NCBI GenBank assembly: GCA_905178155.1
Contig: CAJINV010000004.1
Span: 2,916,460 to 2,980,459 of the forward strand
Length of the DNA: 64,000 nucleotides
Origin: Amoebophrya sp. A120
Lineage: Eukaryota; Protista; Dinoflagellata
Direction: 5' to 3'
In this document: piece after piece, positions 61,786 through 64,000 of the stretch
Layout: each line of letters starts with the position of its first letter
Numbering within the stretch: position 1 is the first letter of the stretch
Translations under genes and position numbers: made by a program
Notes under the pieces: generated by a model
The model's input: the letters and a program-made list of their open reading frames with translations, nothing else
Database searches by the model: none
What the model was told of the DNA's origin: nothing

Positions 61786-64000
61786 TTATGTCAATATAGT
61801 ACCTTCGTCCGCGTTTTTCTTTCTCTCCTTGGTCCCTGAAGTACTGCTGCCTCCTGACCCCGGTCTTTCCACCTGCTCCCCTAAAAGGTTCAGCTTTGGC
61901 GAGGCTTTCAGCCTATTATTCCTATTTCCGTTTTTGATGTCTGGTGTGTCTCCCCCGTTGTTCATCATAGGTGGTACTGCGACTGCGTTGTTCAGATACA
62001 GATTCAGCTTTTTCTTCTGTCGCTGCTTCCCGTAGTTCCCCTCGACCGGAGTCCACCCGACCACGTAGGGCGCCATGATGAAATCGCCGGAAAGCACACT
62101 CATCGTCGCATCGCCGTTGCTGGTTGGCGTGTCCATGCCCGACATTGTGGAGGCGATCAGCATGTTGTTGTTTGTACCATGTACCCCGGACGAGTTCCCC
62201 CGATTTACAACTGCTCCCGCACCTACGCTGGGTGGATTCATCGGTGTGATGATGGTCGTTCCTACTTGATGATGTTGGCCGCCTACGGAGACAGACGATG
62301 TTCGAGACACGCCTGCCGCTGCGTTGAGGTTGCCGTTGTTCACAACATCCCCTGTCGTGCCAGAAGTTGCTGCACCACCATTGGCCTGTGGCTGTGGTCT
62401 GTTTTCCCCCTCAGGAGCTGCCCGGACTTTGCTACTGGGCCCCGCGGAGGAAGAAGTCGACGTGGAGGTCGAGGTGGAGTTGGTCGGCTGGAAAAGGATT
62501 CCGTTGCTCCCCGTCAGATCGATCTTCTGCATCTTCTGCAGGTACCCCGCGTGCGCGCTGCTTGCCGGCGTGAGGCAGTCGCGGGTGCGCTTGATGCCCT
62601 GTCCGGCGGGTACCGTTTGGAAGCAGGTCACCTGCGTGCCGCCCGGAAAACCACCTGATTTTTATAATGAATTTCTTTTCGTGCTGACACTATATTTGAC
62701 TTGTGCATGTTGGATTGTTGATTGTACAACAAACAAATAACTAAAAAATCGGTCGTCGTCGTTCTCGTAATGCTAATGAAGCCTACTTCACGTCAACGTC
62801 TTCCTTCATGTTCTCGAACTCGACAACGTACGCCAGTAGGATGAAGAATGTAAACATCATGGGGAACGCCGGGAACAAGCAGTCCGTTATCTTCATGCAC
62901 AAAAAAAGACCAGCAACCACCTGTTCTTTCACTTTCGAGTTTTACCTGGTATGAACGCCGGCGCGCTTGCGTTTAACGTGCTATTCGCCACGGTTTCGCT
63001 GACCGACGGGACTTTTTTCTGCACGACCTGCGACTTTTCCTTGTCCTCCTCCGTCAGCGTCTTGCCGAAGGCCGCTGCCCAGTTCGCGGGCGCGGGTCGC
63101 TCCTCAAAAATTTTCTTCGGCGACGGAGCAGCTGCTTCGTCCACGCTCATCTTGTCGTCGTCTTCCTGTATCGGATCCCCTGAGTCCGCGGCTTTCCCGC
63201 CCTTGGACACGCCTTTCTTGCCGCCTGAGAGTGGAAGTAGAAATGAATCTGCACAAGCACAACGCTTTTACAGCGTACACACAAAAAATGTAATTGATGC
63301 GTTCTATCTTCAAATAAACCTAAGCGTAATCTGCCCAAAAGGTGGTATTATGATGGACCACCACCGTGGTGGTCCATCTCCATCGCATCATAAATAAAGA
63401 AGAATCTCATCTCAAAATTACCTTTATGATCCGATGAGCCCTTCGTTCCTTTCTTGGAGCCCTTGTGGTCTACATGCGGCGAGTCGCCCCTGCTCTTTCC
63501 CGCACCCTTTGCTCCACCGGGCGTTATGTCCTCGGACACCTCGGCACTTTTTCGCGGGCCGCGTTCTGTCGTGTTTTTTGGAAAAAAATTCAATTTGATT
63601 GATTGTCTCCATACATTTTCATTTTGATTTTCACAATTACAGGTCTTTGAAGAAAAAAAAATGAAAGATAATTTTCATCCAAAAAAAAACAGTACCACGC
63701 TCCGTTCTTTTCGTGCTGCTGTAGCTGGAGTGTCCGAGCACGATTTTCGTCGTGGCCTTTTTCGCGCCACCATCCGCGACACTAGCTGTCCTGGTGGTCC
63801 TGTTTTGCTGTGAAACTGTATTTGCGCCGGCGGTCATTTCTTGTTCCTTACTGATGATCTCCATCAGCGAAGGGGCGTTCTTTCGCTTTGACCACGCGTC
63901 GCTATTTTTATCCTCGTCGTTGTCCTCATCATCGACTTTCCCCCATTTCTTCGTCGTCGGTGGTGGAGCGGTCGGTGCTGCAGCTGGTGGGGGCTTCGAT
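61786..64000 (-). CDS. Partial multi-exon low-complexity protein with a PAM2 (PABP-binding)-like motif
   Basis: Exonic ORFs at 61786-62631, 62929-63210 (STLNASAPAFIPG), 63348-63593 and 63637-end. The 5' end lies outside the window and the 3' end is uncertain. Confidence 0.55.

Overview
Eukaryotic nuclear DNA, most likely from the parasitic syndinian dinoflagellate Amoebophrya (A120-like). This is inferred from the co-oriented gene block, the low-complexity protein insertions and the abundant non-canonical inverted-repeat introns; no database was consulted. About 12 intron-containing genes all lie on the minus strand: a Methyltransf_24-like MTase, a NOA1/YqeH GTPase, a CEP70-like protein, an FkbM-like MTase, a DDAH/amidinotransferase, a DnaJ protein, a DPY19-like C-mannosyltransferase, a PAM2-motif protein and several hypothetical proteins. 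I found 17 short (103-319 bp) introner-type elements. Nearly all follow one geometric rule: 5-bp target-site duplication | TA-starting TIR ... TIR ending TA | 5-bp duplication. Removing the element plus one duplication restores the host reading frame. A 3,588-bp element at 7647-11234 has the same end geometry (AGAGT|TACA...TGTA|AGAGT), about 250-bp TIRs and a decayed internal gene, so it is a candidate relic of an autonomous element that mobilises these introners. The 2.6-14.5 kb accessory region also holds a higher-order array of 18 palindromic repeats and GC-rich islands that look like AT->GC hypermutated relics. All coordinates were read by eye and should be verified.
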